64,000 nt of DNA from Scenedesmus sp. PABB004 (taxonomy: Eukaryota): assembly GCA_014905635.1 (NCBI GenBank), contig JABVCE010000028.1, positions 1 through 64,000 of the forward strand, in the 5' to 3' direction. Position numbers and translations under genes: made by a program. The notes under the pieces are model-generated. The model searched no databases, was not told where the DNA came from, and was given only the letters and a program-made list of their open reading frames with translations. Below are positions 22,960-37,264 of this stretch, piece by piece. The number at the start of each line of letters is the position of its first letter. The first letter of the stretch is position 1.

Positions 22960-23385
22960 CTACCCCTCCTCTGCGGCCGCGGCCCCTCCTGCGCGCGGCG
23001 CTATCGGCGCACCCGCGAGGATGCGCTCGATCTTGGCAAACTCCCACTCCTTGTTGCAGAGCGGGCACGCGGAGCGCGTCTTGAGCCAGCGCTGGATGCA
23101 GTCGAGGTGGAAGACGTGCCCGCAGCAGCCCCACGCGATGGAGAGGCCCGGGTGGTCGGGGTCGCCCGTGGGGTTGGCCTGGTACTCGATGCTCGGCTCG
23201 TAGAGGTTGTTGCGGCAGATGGCGCACGTGTCGGTGCAGATGGCCCACGACCACATCGCCACAGCGTTCCACTTCTTGATCTCGAACCGCTTGCCGCCCT
23301 TGGCGCCCTTGGCCTTGGCGCTCGGGCCCGCCTCGCCGCCGGGCTTGGGCGCCGCCGCCTCGGTCGCCATCTCCGCGTCAGACAT
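22960..23385 (-). CDS. RBX1: RING-box protein, RBX1/ROC1-like
   Basis: KRFEIKKWNAVAMWSW..CAICRN..AWGCCGHVFHLDCIQRWLKTRSACPLCNKEWEF; exact 3' end uncertain. Confidence 0.88.
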   Translation of the reverse strand: MSDAEMATEAAAPKPGGEAGPSAKAKGAKGGKRFEIKKWNAVAMWSWAICTDTCAICRNNLYEPSIEYQANPTGDPDHPGLSIAWGCCGHVFHLDCIQRWLKTRSACPLCNKEWEFAKIERILAGAPIAPRAGGAAAAEEG

Positions 23386-24230
23386 GGCGCGCGCGCGCCC
23401 TGCCGCCTGCGGCGTGGGTGTGGACCCGGCGCCGCGGGCCGCGGGTCGGGGCGGGCGCCGGGGGCCGGGGGACCGGCCCGCGCGCCGCGGCGGCGGCGCC
23501 GCTGCTGATGCTGCGCCGCGCGGCGCCGCGCCGCGCCAGGGAGCGCATGGGCCCGATCTGCGCTCCCAGGGCGCGGCCCATGGCGCAGCACCGTCGTGGC
23601 CCAACAGCAGGCCACGCCCCGCGCGGCGCCGGGGGCAGCGCAGCACGGCGCGCGCGGCGATGGCCAGCTGCCGCGCCCACCTGCCGCGGGGCGTGCGCCG
23701 CTCGTCGCCGGGGCGGCTCCCACGCTCTGCCCGCTGTCGTGAAGGCGCTGGGCGCTACGGCAGCAGGGGCAGCTGGCGCGCGGCCTGGGCGGGCCCGACG
23801 AGCGGCGGGCGCGCACGCGAGCGTGCCTGGGGGCGCTGCCGGGTGCCGAGTGCGGGCGTGACGGCACGGCGGGCGGGCGGCACGCCAGGAGACGAGGTGT
23901 TCTGCGAAAAAACCCGCCTAACAGGCTGCCGCCGTCGCTCGCGCCCCTCACGCCCCGCCCACGCGCCCCAGATCGACGCTGCGACTGACGCACCGCCCGC
24001 CGCACGCCGGCGAGCAGCAGTCGCCGTCGCCGCGCCGCCGCCGGCAGCAGCCGCTGCCGCGCGCCAGCCGCCGCACGCGCGCGCGCGGGCCGCAGGGCAG
24101 GCGCATCAGGCGCGTCGTCACCGGCAGCACCTTCTCGGGCGCCACCCAGGCGCAGGGGCGGCAGCGCGCAGCGTGCGCGCAGGGGCGACCAGCCGCCGGG
24201 CCGACCGACGGGCGCGAGCCGCCGGCGGCC

Positions 24231-26778
24231 ATGAGCGGCAGCGACAGCGACGATGAGCGCGCGCTGGCGGGCCTGGCGGGCGGCGGCGGCGACGCCGACT
24301 GGGAGGAGTGGGGCGGCGAGGGCGAGGGCGAGGATGACGCGTGCGCGAGCCTCTTCAGCGACGCCGTGCTGCCCAGCCCAGAGGCGGCCCTCGCGCACGA
24401 CGCCGCGACGCACGGCTTCGACCTGCGCGCCTACAAGGCACACGTGCGGCCGCCGCACCTGCGCACGCGCACGCGCGCGCGCGCGCGCCGCCCGGCGGCG
24501 ACGGGCGGCGGCGCGCCGGCCCGCGCGCCGGCCCGCCTGCCGCGTGACGCCTGCGCCGCCTGCCCCCTGCCCCCTGCCCCCCCCTCCCCCGTGCCCGTGC
24601 GCGCGCCGCAGCGCGGGCTGGGTCAGTACGAGGTGATCCAGCTGGTCAACTACATCCGCGCCGCGGTCAAGGCGGGGCGCGACCCGCGGCCCGAGCTCGA
24701 CCCGCCCGACGCGGCGCCGTGGGCGGGCGACGAGTGGCTCACACCGGTGCTGCCGGACGACCCGCTGCTCACGTACGACTACGGCGACGGCGACAGCGAC
24801 GACGGCGACGGCGGCGAGCAGCAGCAGCGCGCGGGCGCAGCGGCCGGCGGCGGCGGCGACGCGGCGTCGCTGGCGGCGCGCGTGGCGGCGCTGGCCAGTG
24901 AGAACCGGGAGCTCAAGCTGCGCGTGGCGGCGCTCATGGACGCGGCGCTGCCGCGCGACGTGCGCGACGAGATGGCCGCGGCCGCCGCGGCCGACAGCTC
25001 GCCCGAGACGACGGCCGCGGCGGCGGCGGCGCTCGCAGAGGCGGCGGCGGCGGCGAGCATCAGTGAGCGGGCGGGCGCGCCGGCGGCGGCGCGCGCGGCA
25101 GCAGCCGCCCGGCCCAGCTCCCGCTGACGCGCCCCGGCTGCTGCGCCCGCGCGGCGCCGCAGGCGTGCCCGGCGGCTGCCCCGCGACCAGCAGCGTCGGC
25201 TTCACCGCGGTCGGCGCGGGCCGCCTCGCGGGCGGCGCGTCGGCGGTGAGCGCCGCGGTTGACGCGCAGTACTACGACTCATACGCCGCGCTGGACATAC
25301 ACCACGAGATGCTGTCCGACAGGGTGCGCGCCGCGCGGGGTGGGGGCGCGCGCGACAGCGCCCCACGCCCGCTGCGCACGCTCGCCGGCGTGCTGCGCGC
25401 GCTGCCCAGAGCAACACCGGCCCCCACCCGCCCGCCCGCCCTCCCGCCCACCCGCCCGCCCTCCCGCGCCCCGCGCCCCGCAGCCCCGCACCGACGCGTA
25501 CCGCGACGCGCTCACCCGCAACCCGGGGCTGCTGCGCGGCGCGGCGGTGCTGGACGTCGGCTGCGGCAGCGGCATCCTCTCCATGTTTGCGGCGCGCGCC
25601 GGCGCGGCGTCGGTGGCGGGGCTGGACGGCAGCGCGCGCATCGCGCGCCTCGCGCGCGAGGTGGTCGCCGCCAACGGCCTCGACGCGCCGCGCGGCCCCG
25701 TGGCCATCGTCGCGGGCAAGGTCGAGGAGCGGCCAGACATCGGAACAGACAAGGCGCGGCGCCGCGCCGGCCCGCGCGCAGCGACCGCGCCACCGCCGCC
25801 GCCGCCGCCGCCGCCCGGCCCCCGCGCCCGCTCGCCTGCGCGCCCCTGTGTGCGCCGACGCCGCCCCGGCACGCGCGCGCGCGCGGGTGCGCTGCGCAGG
25901 TTGACGTGCTGGTCAGCGAGTGGATGGGCTACGGGCTGCTGTTTGAGAGCATGCTGGACAGCGTGCTCGCCGCGCGCGACGCGTGGCTGCGCCCCGGCGG
26001 CGCGGTGCTGCCCGACCTCGCGCGCATCTACGCGGCGGGCGCGAGCGAGGAGGCGCTCGCAAACACGGCCTTCTGGCAGGCGCGCAGGGGGCGCTCTGCT
26101 CAGCGCAGCGCGGCGCGGCGCGCGTGGGGGCGCGCCGCGGCCTGCCGCCGCCCAGCGGGCGCTGCGCGCGCCCCTGACTAACTCACCCCTGGGCGCGCGC
26201 AGGAGGTGTATGGCTTCACCATGGCGCCCATCGCGGCGGAGCTGGTCGCGTCGGCGGCGGACGAGGCGCAGGTGCTGGTGCGCCCGGTGGAGGCGCGCGC
26301 GCTCGTGACGACCACCGCGTCGCTCGCCTCGCTCGACCTCGCGACCATGGCCCCCGGCGACCAGGACTTTACCGCCACCTTCACGCTCGCGCCCGCGCCG
26401 CCCGGCGGCGAGGAGGCCAACCCGCCGCTGCCGGCCGGCGGCGCGGGCGCCGGCGCGAGCGTCGCGGCGGTCGTGGTGTGGTTTGACGTCGAGTTCAGCC
26501 CCCGCTTCTGCCCGGAGTGCCCCGTCACGCTCTCCACCTCGCCCGCGGCGCCGCCGACGCACTGGGCGCAGGCGGTGCTGCCGCTCGCCGCGCCGGTCGC
26601 GCTGGCGCCGGGGCAGGGCCTCGCGTGCCGGCTGAGCATGGCGCGCAGCCGCGCCAGGCACCGCAGCCTCGACATCAGCCTCGAGACGCGCCTCGGCGAC
26701 GGCCCGGCCGCGACGCGGCTCTACAGCATGGAGGTCACGCCAAAGGCGGCGCCGGCGGCCGCGCCGGGCGGCGCGTGA
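24231..26778 (+). CDS. PRMT3: Protein arginine N-methyltransferase 3-like
   Basis: N-terminal HDAATHGFDL..YEVIQLVNYIR..PVLPDDPLL; YYDSY..IHHEMLSD; VLDVGCGSGILSMFAARAGA; SEWMGYGLLFESML; THW loop. Confidence 0.9.
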
Positions 26779-27069
26779 CGAGGCTGGGGCTCTGCGCGGT
26801 GAAACGCGCCGACCGCACGTCGCCGATCGCGGCTGACACTTCACCGCACCCAGCCACCGGCGCCCCCGAGCCCAGCCGCACTGCGCTCGTCGCAGCGACG
26901 CCACCGCGCACACCGCGCCGCCGACTCGCTGCTCTGCTGCTCCATGCTCTGCGCGCCGCGCAGCATTAGCATCCGCCCCACGCACCCCCGCGTCGCCGCA
27001 GCCCCGGCCCGCGTCGCCCCGTGCTCGGCAGGCGTCCGCGCAGCCCACGTCGCCGCCGCCGCTGCAAAC

Positions 27070-29169
<2,100 letters not shown>

Positions 29170-29396
29170 GCCGCGGCGGCCGCGGGCCAGCGCATGGCGC
29201 GGCGCGGCGGATCGGCGCGGCAGATGGGCGTGCGGGCGAACGTTGCAGCGCGCGGCCGGCGGCGCTCGGGCGGCGGTACGGCAACGTCGTGCGCAACAGA
29301 GCGGCCCGCGTGCGCTCGCAGCCTGCTGTCAGTGTCGCTCCTCTCCCACGCCTCCTCCCTCCCCTGCTGCCCGCGCTCGCTCCTGCTCGCGTGAGC

Positions 29397-31595
29397 TCAC
29401 TGCTTGCCAGCCGCTGCGCCGACCGCGGCGGGCTCGGTTGCGGCCGCGCCGCCGCCAGCGGGCAGCGCCGGGCTCGAGGTGATGGCAAACTGCAGCCCTG
29501 CGGCGCGGAGGCGGTTGACCAGCACCAGCCCCATAGCACTTGCGGGCGTGAGCACGCCGCCGGGCTTGCAGCCCGCCTCGGCGCATGCCGCGCTGTCCAG
29601 CGCCAGGCAGAGCCCCGCCTCGAGCAGCATGCGCGCGGTGCCCCAGTAGCCCGGGTCGCGCGCGGGGTCGGCCACGCGCGCCACGATGACCTGCGGCGCT
29701 ACGCCGGGCGCCTCCTCGGTGAGGCCGACCATGTCATGCTTCCAGTAGCCACCCAGCATCGTGGACCGGCTCGGGCCCTCCCCAGGCTGCGGCAGCTTGC
29801 TGCGCTCGCGCGTGGCGGCGCGGCCGGCGGCGGCGCGGGGGCGGCTCGGTGCGCGGCGCGGCGCGGCGCGGGGGCGGGGGCGGCTCGGCGCGCGGCGCGC
29901 AGGCCCGCGCCGCCCCGCCGGGCGCGCGCGCACCGCTTGGCGAGGTTGCGCAGCGGCGCGAGCGCAAACATCGCGCCCACGCCGACCATCGCCGCGCTCA
30001 CGCCCGCCGCGCCGAGCAGGCCGCCCGCGCCGGCCGGCAGGGCCATCGCCTCGCGATATTTGAAGTCCTCCCCATAGCCGCCCGCCAGCCAGCTGCTGCG
30101 CTGCACGATCCTGCGGCGCGCCCGCGGCGGCGGCGGCGGCGCGTGAGCCGCGTGAGCCACGCGAGGTGCGGCCAGCGGCGCGCGGGCCGCGGCGCGTCGC
30201 AGCACGCCCGCTCTGCGTGGCCGCGCCGCGGCGCGCGCTGTTGTCACCGTGCGTTGATGGGCTCCATGACAAAGGGCGCCATCCACTTCTTGGCCACCGC
30301 GTTCCACTCCGGCAGCAGCCCCGGCGGCGAGTCGGAGCCGCGCCTGCGCGCGGCGCCGCGGCGGGGGCCGGGTCGCCGCGGCGCCGAGGCGCTCCGGGGA
30401 CGGGTCCCTGACCCGACCCTCCCCCTCGCGCCCCGGGTCCCTCCACCTCGCGCGCCGGCGCGCGCGCGCGCGCTGGCCCGCGTGCGCTCACGGCGCGCCG
30501 CTCGGCAGCAGGTAGTACTTGTCCCGCATCATGGCCGCCACCTCGGCGCCCTCCTCGGCCTCGGCCTGGTGAAACCCGCTCGCGATGGTGCCGCCGCTGA
30601 AGCCGCCGCGCGCGTCGACGCTGAGTCCGTACGCCTGCGACAGCCCCCTGCGACCCGGCGCGGCGCGCAGGCGGGGGGCGGCCGAGCGCGTCGGCCGGGC
30701 CGCGGCGCGCGCGCGCGCTCCAGGGCGCAGGCGGACGCGGGCGCGCCTGCCAAGCTGTGTGCGCGCGTGGTGCGAAAGGAAGGCGACGCCGAGGTCAAAG
30801 GGAATGCTGTCATAGCCGCAGCAGTGGACGATGCGCACGCCCTTGGCCGCCGCGGCCGCGTCGTGCGCGGCGATCATGCGCTTGACCCACAGCAGCTCCC
30901 CTGCGCGCGCGGGGCGGGGCGGGGCGGCGCAGCTGCAGCCAGGGGCCGCGCGCCGCGGCAGCTGCAGCCAGTGCCCTCCCCCGCGCGCACCTGTGATGTC
31001 CACGTAATCGGCGCCGTGCTCCACCGCCGCCGCGACGACCTTGCTGCCGTACTTTGCAAAGGGGCCCGCCGTCGCGATGAGCACCTGGGTGTCCGCCGCC
31101 ATGCGCCCGAGCGCCGCCTCGTCGTCCGCGTCGGCAATCACGTACGGCACCGACTCGAGCGCGGGGTCGATCTTGACCAGCTCCGCCTTGACCGCGTCCA
31201 GGCGCTCGCGGCTGCGCCCCGCCATGGCCCAGCGAATGCCCGCGCCCTGGAGCGCCGGCGTCGGCAGCGGCGGCGGTCGGTGGCTGGCGCAGAGCTGCTT
31301 TCCTCGAGCGCCGGCAGCGGCGGCGGTCGGCGGCTGGCGCAGAGCTGCTGCGCGGTCTCGCTGCGGCTGCCCATGGCATACCCTCGAGCTCAAGAGCGCG
31401 ACGCGCCGCCGCGCGGCAGCTGCGGGGCCGCGTGAGCGCGGGGGCGCCGCCGGCGCTGCTCATGGCGGCGCGCGCTGGGTCGAGCACCCCCACCTTGTAG
31501 CTGGTCGCCAGGTGCTCACATACTAGGCGCCCGGTGAAGCCCGAAGCTCCCCACACCGTGATTTGGTAGGGCCTCGCCGCCCCCGTCGCCGCCAT
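29397..31595 (-). CDS. Saccharopine dehydrogenase-like oxidoreductase
   Basis: VWGASGFTGRLVCEHL, TAGPFAKYG, YVDITGE, CCGYDSIPFDLG, SGGTIAS, DPGYWGTARML, GGVLTPASAMG. Confidence 0.9.
31262..31349. repeat. Intronic direct repeat (38-bp core, 50-bp period)
   Basis: cggcagcggcggcggtcgg(t/c)ggctggcgcagagctgct twice. Confidence 0.8.
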
Positions 31596-31731
31596 CTTGT
31601 GTGGCTCGCTGCGCTCGAGCGTGCGGCGCGCGCGGGCCGGGCTGGCACTCGGGGCGGGGAGCGCGCAGGTGACGGGAGGACTGCTGGAGCTGGGGCGGGA
31701 GCGGGCGGGCGCACGGTGGAAAGAAATGGCG

Positions 31732-32328
31732 TCACCCGTCGGCAGTTGCGCTTCTGCTGGCGGCGCCGCCGCAGCCGCCCGCGCCCCCGCCGCCCGCGCC
31801 GCCGCCCCCGCCGCCCGCGCCGCCGCCCCCGCCGCCCACGCCGCCGCCGCCGCCGGCGTCGTCGTCGACGACGTAGCGCGCAAAGAGGTTGCCCGGGTGC
31901 ACCATGGCCTTGAACTCCAGGCTGTTGCCGCTCGGGTCCTTGAAAAACATCGTCCACTGCTCGCCCGGCTGGCCTCGGAAGCGCAGGTGCGGAGGCAGGA
32001 CAAACTCCACTCTGCCCGCGGCCGTCAGGCGCGCGGCGAGGGCATGGAACTGCTGCACAGACAGCGTGAGGCCGAAGTGGGGCACCGGCACGGGATCGCC
32101 GTCGACCGAGTTTTCCGACGCCGCGGCGGCATAGCCGTCAACTTGGTGCGCGACGAGCTGGTGGCCGAAGAAGTTGAAGTCCTGCCAGCGCGCCGAGCTG
32201 CGCCCCTCGCTGCAGCCGACGACGCGGGTGTAAAAGTCGCGCGCCTCGGCGACGTCCCGCACAGGCAGCGCCAGGTGGAACGGCGCGAGCGCGGCGCAGC
32301 AGTCGGCGCCGTCGTCGGGCGCCGCCAT
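31732..32328 (-). CDS. VOC / glyoxalase-bleomycin-resistance family protein
   Basis: PFHLALPVRDVAEARDFY, EGRSS..WQDFNFFGHQLVAH, VPVPHFG, GEQWTMFFKDPSGNSLEFK; domain is intronless; a start further upstream is possible. Confidence 0.88.
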   Translation of the reverse strand: MAAPDDGADCCAALAPFHLALPVRDVAEARDFYTRVVGCSEGRSSARWQDFNFFGHQLVAHQVDGYAAAASENSVDGDPVPVPHFGLTLSVQQFHALAARLTAAGRVEFVLPPHLRFRGQPGEQWTMFFKDPSGNSLEFKAMVHPGNLFARYVVDDDAGGGGGVGGGGGGAGGGGGGAGGGGAGGCGGAASRSATADG

Positions 32329-33035
32329 GGCGGCGAGTGGCGCCGCTGCTGCTGCGCCTGCTGCCCCTGCCTCAGCTGCTCCTGGGCTACAGGTGCTGCT
32401 GGCGCGAGCGGTGAGGCGGCGAACGCCGGCCACACCGCTGCTGCCGCTGCTGCTGCCGCAACGTGCGGGTGCCGGTGACGCTGCTGCGCGCGGAGGGGAC
32501 GGCGGAGGTGGAGCGGGAATGATGCTGGGCAGGGAGAGCGCCGAGCGGGCAGCCGAGAGCGCGCCGCCGTCGTTTGCCGGCGAGCCCCAAACCGCGCCGC
32601 CGCGCCGCGCCGCCGCTGCCGCCGCCGCCCCCCACGACGCTCGAGAGCCGCGCGACGGGGCCCTGCTAAGCGCCAGGCGCACGGCAGCCGTGAGGAGCGC
32701 GGCCTGACTCGCGCAGCAGCCCGTCGACGCTGCGTCCGCTGCGCAGCGATGGGAGCTGCCATCGCTCTCTCGAGGGAGCGCGCGCGCTGGGTGAACGCGC
32801 GCGGGTTGCTCGCCGCCGCAGGTAGTACCAGCCAGCGCCAGGGTCAGTCAGTCAGGGTCAGAGTCAGAGGCGGGGCGACCGCAATTGCGGGCGCCGCCGC
32901 CAGCATCGCCGCGCGCAGGTCAGATCACACGCTGGAGCTGCTTGCCCCCCGCCCCCCACCACCACCACCCCCACCACCACCACAAAAACGGAATCACACA
33001 CACCTGCGCTCGCTCCCTCGCCCTGCCGCCGCGCC

Positions 33036-35054
33036 TCAGCGCGCGCACTGGTCGACGTTGGCCTGCGAGCCGGCCACGCTGAAGGGCGCCGGCGGCAGGC
33101 GCTTGCTGTTGGTGGTGCTGCCGCCGCGCGTGTAGTGCCGCGCAGGGCGGCCAATGGGGCTCACCGAGCGCGGCGGCACGTAGCCGGCGTCGCCGCCCAC
33201 GCGTCGCGGGCCAGGCGCGGGCGCCGGTTGCTGCGGGAGGGGCGCCGGCGCGTGCGCCGCGCTGCTGGGCTGCTGCTGCCGCACGGGCTGCAGCAGCTGG
33301 CGGCTGGGCGGCTGGGCGCCGCCGGCGCTGGCGCTGCCGCCGTCGCAGGGCGCCGGCCTGCTGCCGGCGGCGTTGAACGACATCAGCGGCGTGAGGTGGG
33401 GGTCGCCCAGCAGGCCGGCGATGCCCGCAGCGCTGCCGCGCGTCAGCCCCGCCGTGGGCGGCACGAAGCCCCGCCCCGGCGGCGGCTGGTGCTGGTGCTG
33501 CTGCTGCTGCTGCTGCTGGTGGTGGTGCTGGTGCTGCTGCTGCTGCTTGGCGGGCGAGCTGCCCGCCCCGTCCAGGGGCTCGTCGATGCTCACAGCCACG
33601 ACGCCGTCTGCCGGCGCCGCCAGGCCGCACGCGCCGCCGCGTCCCCAAGCTGGGCCCGGCTCCCCGCCCGCGCGGGGCGCGGGCCAGCTGCTCCGCTGCC
33701 CAGCAGCCGGGCTGCGCAGGCGGCTGCCGGGGCGCTCGGCGGACGGCTCCTCCTGCGTGCCCGCCCCGTCCTCCTGGCCGCTCTCGCCGCCGCTGCCGCC
33801 GCCACCGCTGTCGCCGCTGCCGACGCCGCCGCCGACGCCGCCGCGCCCCGGCAGCACCGCGAGCGACTGCGTCAGCCGCGGGCTGCCGGTGCCCCGGCCC
33901 GCGTCAACACTGCTGCTGGCCGCCAGGGCCTGGAACAGCTGCCGCGACTGGCGCACACGGCCGCACGTGCCTGCGGCGCGAGGGCGGCGTGGCGGGCGGC
34001 GGGTGAGCGGGCGCCGGAGAGTGGGCTGCGCTGCAGGCAGCGCCCCCGTGCTGCGCGCAGGCCGGCGCGCCCCGCGGCCGCGCCCACCTGGCGACACGAC
34101 GGCGCGCGCGCGGGGCGAGCGCCTGCCGCCCACGCCGTGCGCCGGCGTGGCGCCCGCCGCCGCGAGGCCTCCGGGGAAGCTCGCGGTGCTGCGGAGCAGC
34201 ACGAACTCGTGCCCGCTGCTGTGGTGCGCGAGGAAGGCCATGATGGCGGCCTTGAGCTCGCCGCTGCAGAGCACGTGCACCTCGGCGTCCGCGCCGCCCG
34301 ACGCTGCGTGCGCCGCGGCGCGCCGCGTCGGGCTGCCCGCCGGCAGCGCGTGCGCGGCGCCCCAGCAGGGGCTGCGGGGGCTGCTGAGGCTGAACTCGGG
34401 CGCCATCGCGGGCTGCCGGCTCGGCAGCGCGACCTGCAGGCACGAGTGGCTGCGCAGGCGCACCGCGCCAAACAGCAGGCTCACGCAGCTGACCAGGCGC
34501 GCCGAGAGGCGCGCGCCCGGGTCGTCGACGTCGTCGTTGGTGCTCAGCCGCACCTGCACGCTCACCAGCTGCGCCAGCAGCCGCGACGCGGCGCGCCAGG
34601 CCGCGAGCGCCGCGGCCGCAAGCGCCGCGCCCGCCGCCAGCGGCAGCCCGCCCGCGTGCCGCGCCAGCCAGGCGCGCAGCCAGGCGCCGGCGGCCAGCAG
34701 GCCGCGGACGTAGAGCCGCAGGCCCGTCGCGCCGTGCCGCAGCAGCGCGAGCGCGACCGCCGCGGCGCAGCGCCGCGCGCGCGCCAGCGCGTCGCCGCCG
34801 CTGCTCCTTGTGCTGCTGCTGCTGCTGCTGCTGCGCGGCCTGGGCGCCCCCGCATCATCATGACAGCTGCGGCGCGCGGCGCCGGCGTTGTGGTGCGTGC
34901 GCAGCGGGCCACGGCGGCGCCCGCCGCCGCGCGCCGCCTGCACGCCCTGGAGCTCGCTCTGGCAGCCTCACCTCTGTGCCTCCGAGCGCTCTGGGACTGG
35001 GGCTGGGCGGAGCAGGCTGCCCTGCGACGGTGAGGGCTCTCCAGGCGCGGCCAT
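33036..35054 (-). CDS. Hypothetical protein with a hydrophobic segment and disordered tail
   Basis: ATG 35054; GT-AG splice puts exon 2 in the 33036 ORF frame; VHVLCSGELKAAIMAFL..HEFVLLRS. Confidence 0.55.
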
Positions 35055-35420
35055 GCTGCTCCCGCCGCGCGCGCGTGCCGCCCGAGCGCGGCGCCGCCTC
35101 CGTGACAATTGATCGAGTGAGTGCGGTTGTTGGGCGGAAGCTGCGGCCAGGCGGCGACCTGTCGAGCTCTGCTGTTTGCGGCGCGCTGTCCACCAAAATT
35201 GCACAGCAAGCGCGGCCCTGCGCGCTTCCCGGCCAGGCGCCTTCAACGCTCGGTGTGGACGGCGAGGCAGCACGGTGTTCGCCTGCTCGAGCCCTGCGCC
35301 CTGGAGCGCTGCGCCGCCGCCGCGCGCCGCGCCACGCCGCCGGCTGGCCCGCGCCCGCCAGCCGCGCCCCAGCAGCACGGTGCAGTCGCTTGCCATCCCA
35401 CCGCGCCCGTTGCCGCCCTG

Positions 35421-36991
35421 ATGGCGCCCCCCGCGCCCGCGCGGCTGCGCGGCCCCCGGGGCGCGGCTGCCCTGGCCGCGCTTCTGGCGCTGGCGGCCTG
35501 CGGAGCGGCTGGTGAGATCGGGCGGGAGCTGCCGGCCGCGCCGAGCCGGCAGCCGCGATCGCGGAAGGGTGGCAGCTGCTGTGCTCGCGCGCTCGCCCCG
35601 CGACAGCGCGCGGCCGCGGCGCAGTTTGCGGGCCACGGCGCAATTCGCCAGGAACAGGCATAGCTGGATCTCCCCTCCCAGCGCTCCGCGCCCCGCCGCG
35701 CCGCCGCGGTGCTGCCGGTGACGCCGGCGGCTGGTGACGCCTGCTGCTCTCTCTCTCCTCTCTCTCTCTCTCCGCGCAGGCCAGTCCTACGCGGTGAGCC
35801 GGCCCTCGGTGGTGCTCTTCGGCGACTCGATCACCGAGTTTGGCTTTGCCGGCCCCAGCGGCTGGGCGTCGTCGCTCGCGCAGCTCTACAGCCGCAAGGT
35901 CCGCGCCGGGGCGCGCGCGGCGCCCGCGCCGAGGCCCCGCCCCGGGCCCGCGACGCGCCGCCGCCGCCGCCTCCTCCGCGCGCAGGCGGACGTGGTGAAC
36001 CGCGGCCTGGCGGGCTGGAACACGCGCTGGGCGGCGGCGGTGCTGCCGCGCGTGCTGGCCGACCTCGCGCCCGCGCGCGAGGCCGCGAGCAAGGCCGGCG
36101 CGGCGCCGTGGAGCCCGCGCGTGCAGCTGCTGGTCATCTGGTTTGGCGCCAACGACGCGGTGCTGCCCGGCGGCAAGGAGTGAGCGCGCGCGCGCTGCCC
36201 CGCGCGCCCGCGCCGCCGCCGCGCCCGGCGCGCGCCGCGGCGCCGAGCACGCGCGCTGCCCGCCCCGCTCCGCAGCGGCGCGCTTTCGGTGCCGCTGGAC
36301 GAGTTCCGCAAGAACCTGGCCGCCATGGTGGCCGCCGCGCGCGCCGCGGGCGTGCCGCACGTCCTGCTCGTCACGCCGCCGCCCGTGGACGAGGCGGCCT
36401 GGGCAAAGACGGTGCGCGCCCCGCCGGCCCCAGCCACGCGCTGGCGCCGCTGCCGACGCCACCGCTGACCCCGCCGCCGCGCCGCGGCCGCCCCCCCCCC
36501 CCCCCCCCCTCCCCGGTCTGCGGTCAGAACAACCGGAACGCCTCTGACCGCACCAACGCCCAGGTCGCGGCGTATGCCGCGGCGGTGCGCGCCGTCAGCG
36601 CGGGTGCGGGCGTGCCGGTGCTGGACGTGCACGCCGCGGTCAGCGCGCTGCCGGCGGCCCAGCGCGCGGCGTGGACGTACGACGGCGTGCACCCGAGCGC
36701 GGAGGGGCAGGCCATGGTGTTTGGCCTGCTCAAGGCCGCGCTGGAGGGCACGCCCGCGCTCGCGGCCGTCCGGTGAGCGTCGCGCGCCGCCGGCCGCCCG
36801 CTGCGAGCCGCCTGCACCGCGCGGGGGCCGCTGGCTCACGGCCGCACTCCCGCTCCGCTCTGGCGCGCTGTATGAACAGGCCTGGGTCGCTGCCGCTGCA
36901 CCTCCCCGCCTACAACCAGATCAACGCCACGGCGCCGCGCGCGACGTTTGACGAGCTCTTTGACCGCGGCCTCGTCACGCGCGGCACCTGA
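35421..36991 (+). CDS. SGNH/GDSL hydrolase (IAH1-like) with signal peptide
   Basis: VVLFGDSITE, NRGLAGWNTRW, WFGANDA, LLVTPPPVDE, DGVHP; hydrophobic N-terminus. Confidence 0.9.
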
Positions 36992-37264
36992 ACTGACGCA
37001 CGCGCGCGCGGCGCTGACCGCCCCCGCGCTGATCCCGTGCGCCGCGCCGGCGTGGCTGAGACACGCCACCCCCGGCGCCGGCAGCTGCCGGCGCCCCTGC
37101 AGGGGCGCGCGCCGGGGCCTGAGGCAACCGACCGGGGCCGTGACGCGCGGGCACCGGTTAAAGCGGTCCGCGGCGGTCAACGAGCAACTCCTGGCACACC
37201 AACAACGTCAGGCCGCGCGCGGGGCGGCCGTGCGCGGGGGCAGCAGCCACGCGGCGCCGCGCGC

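Noticed and set aside
23900..23921. E2F-like site in the RBX1/PRMT3 divergent promoter
   Set aside because: Does not match TTTSSCGC well enough to call
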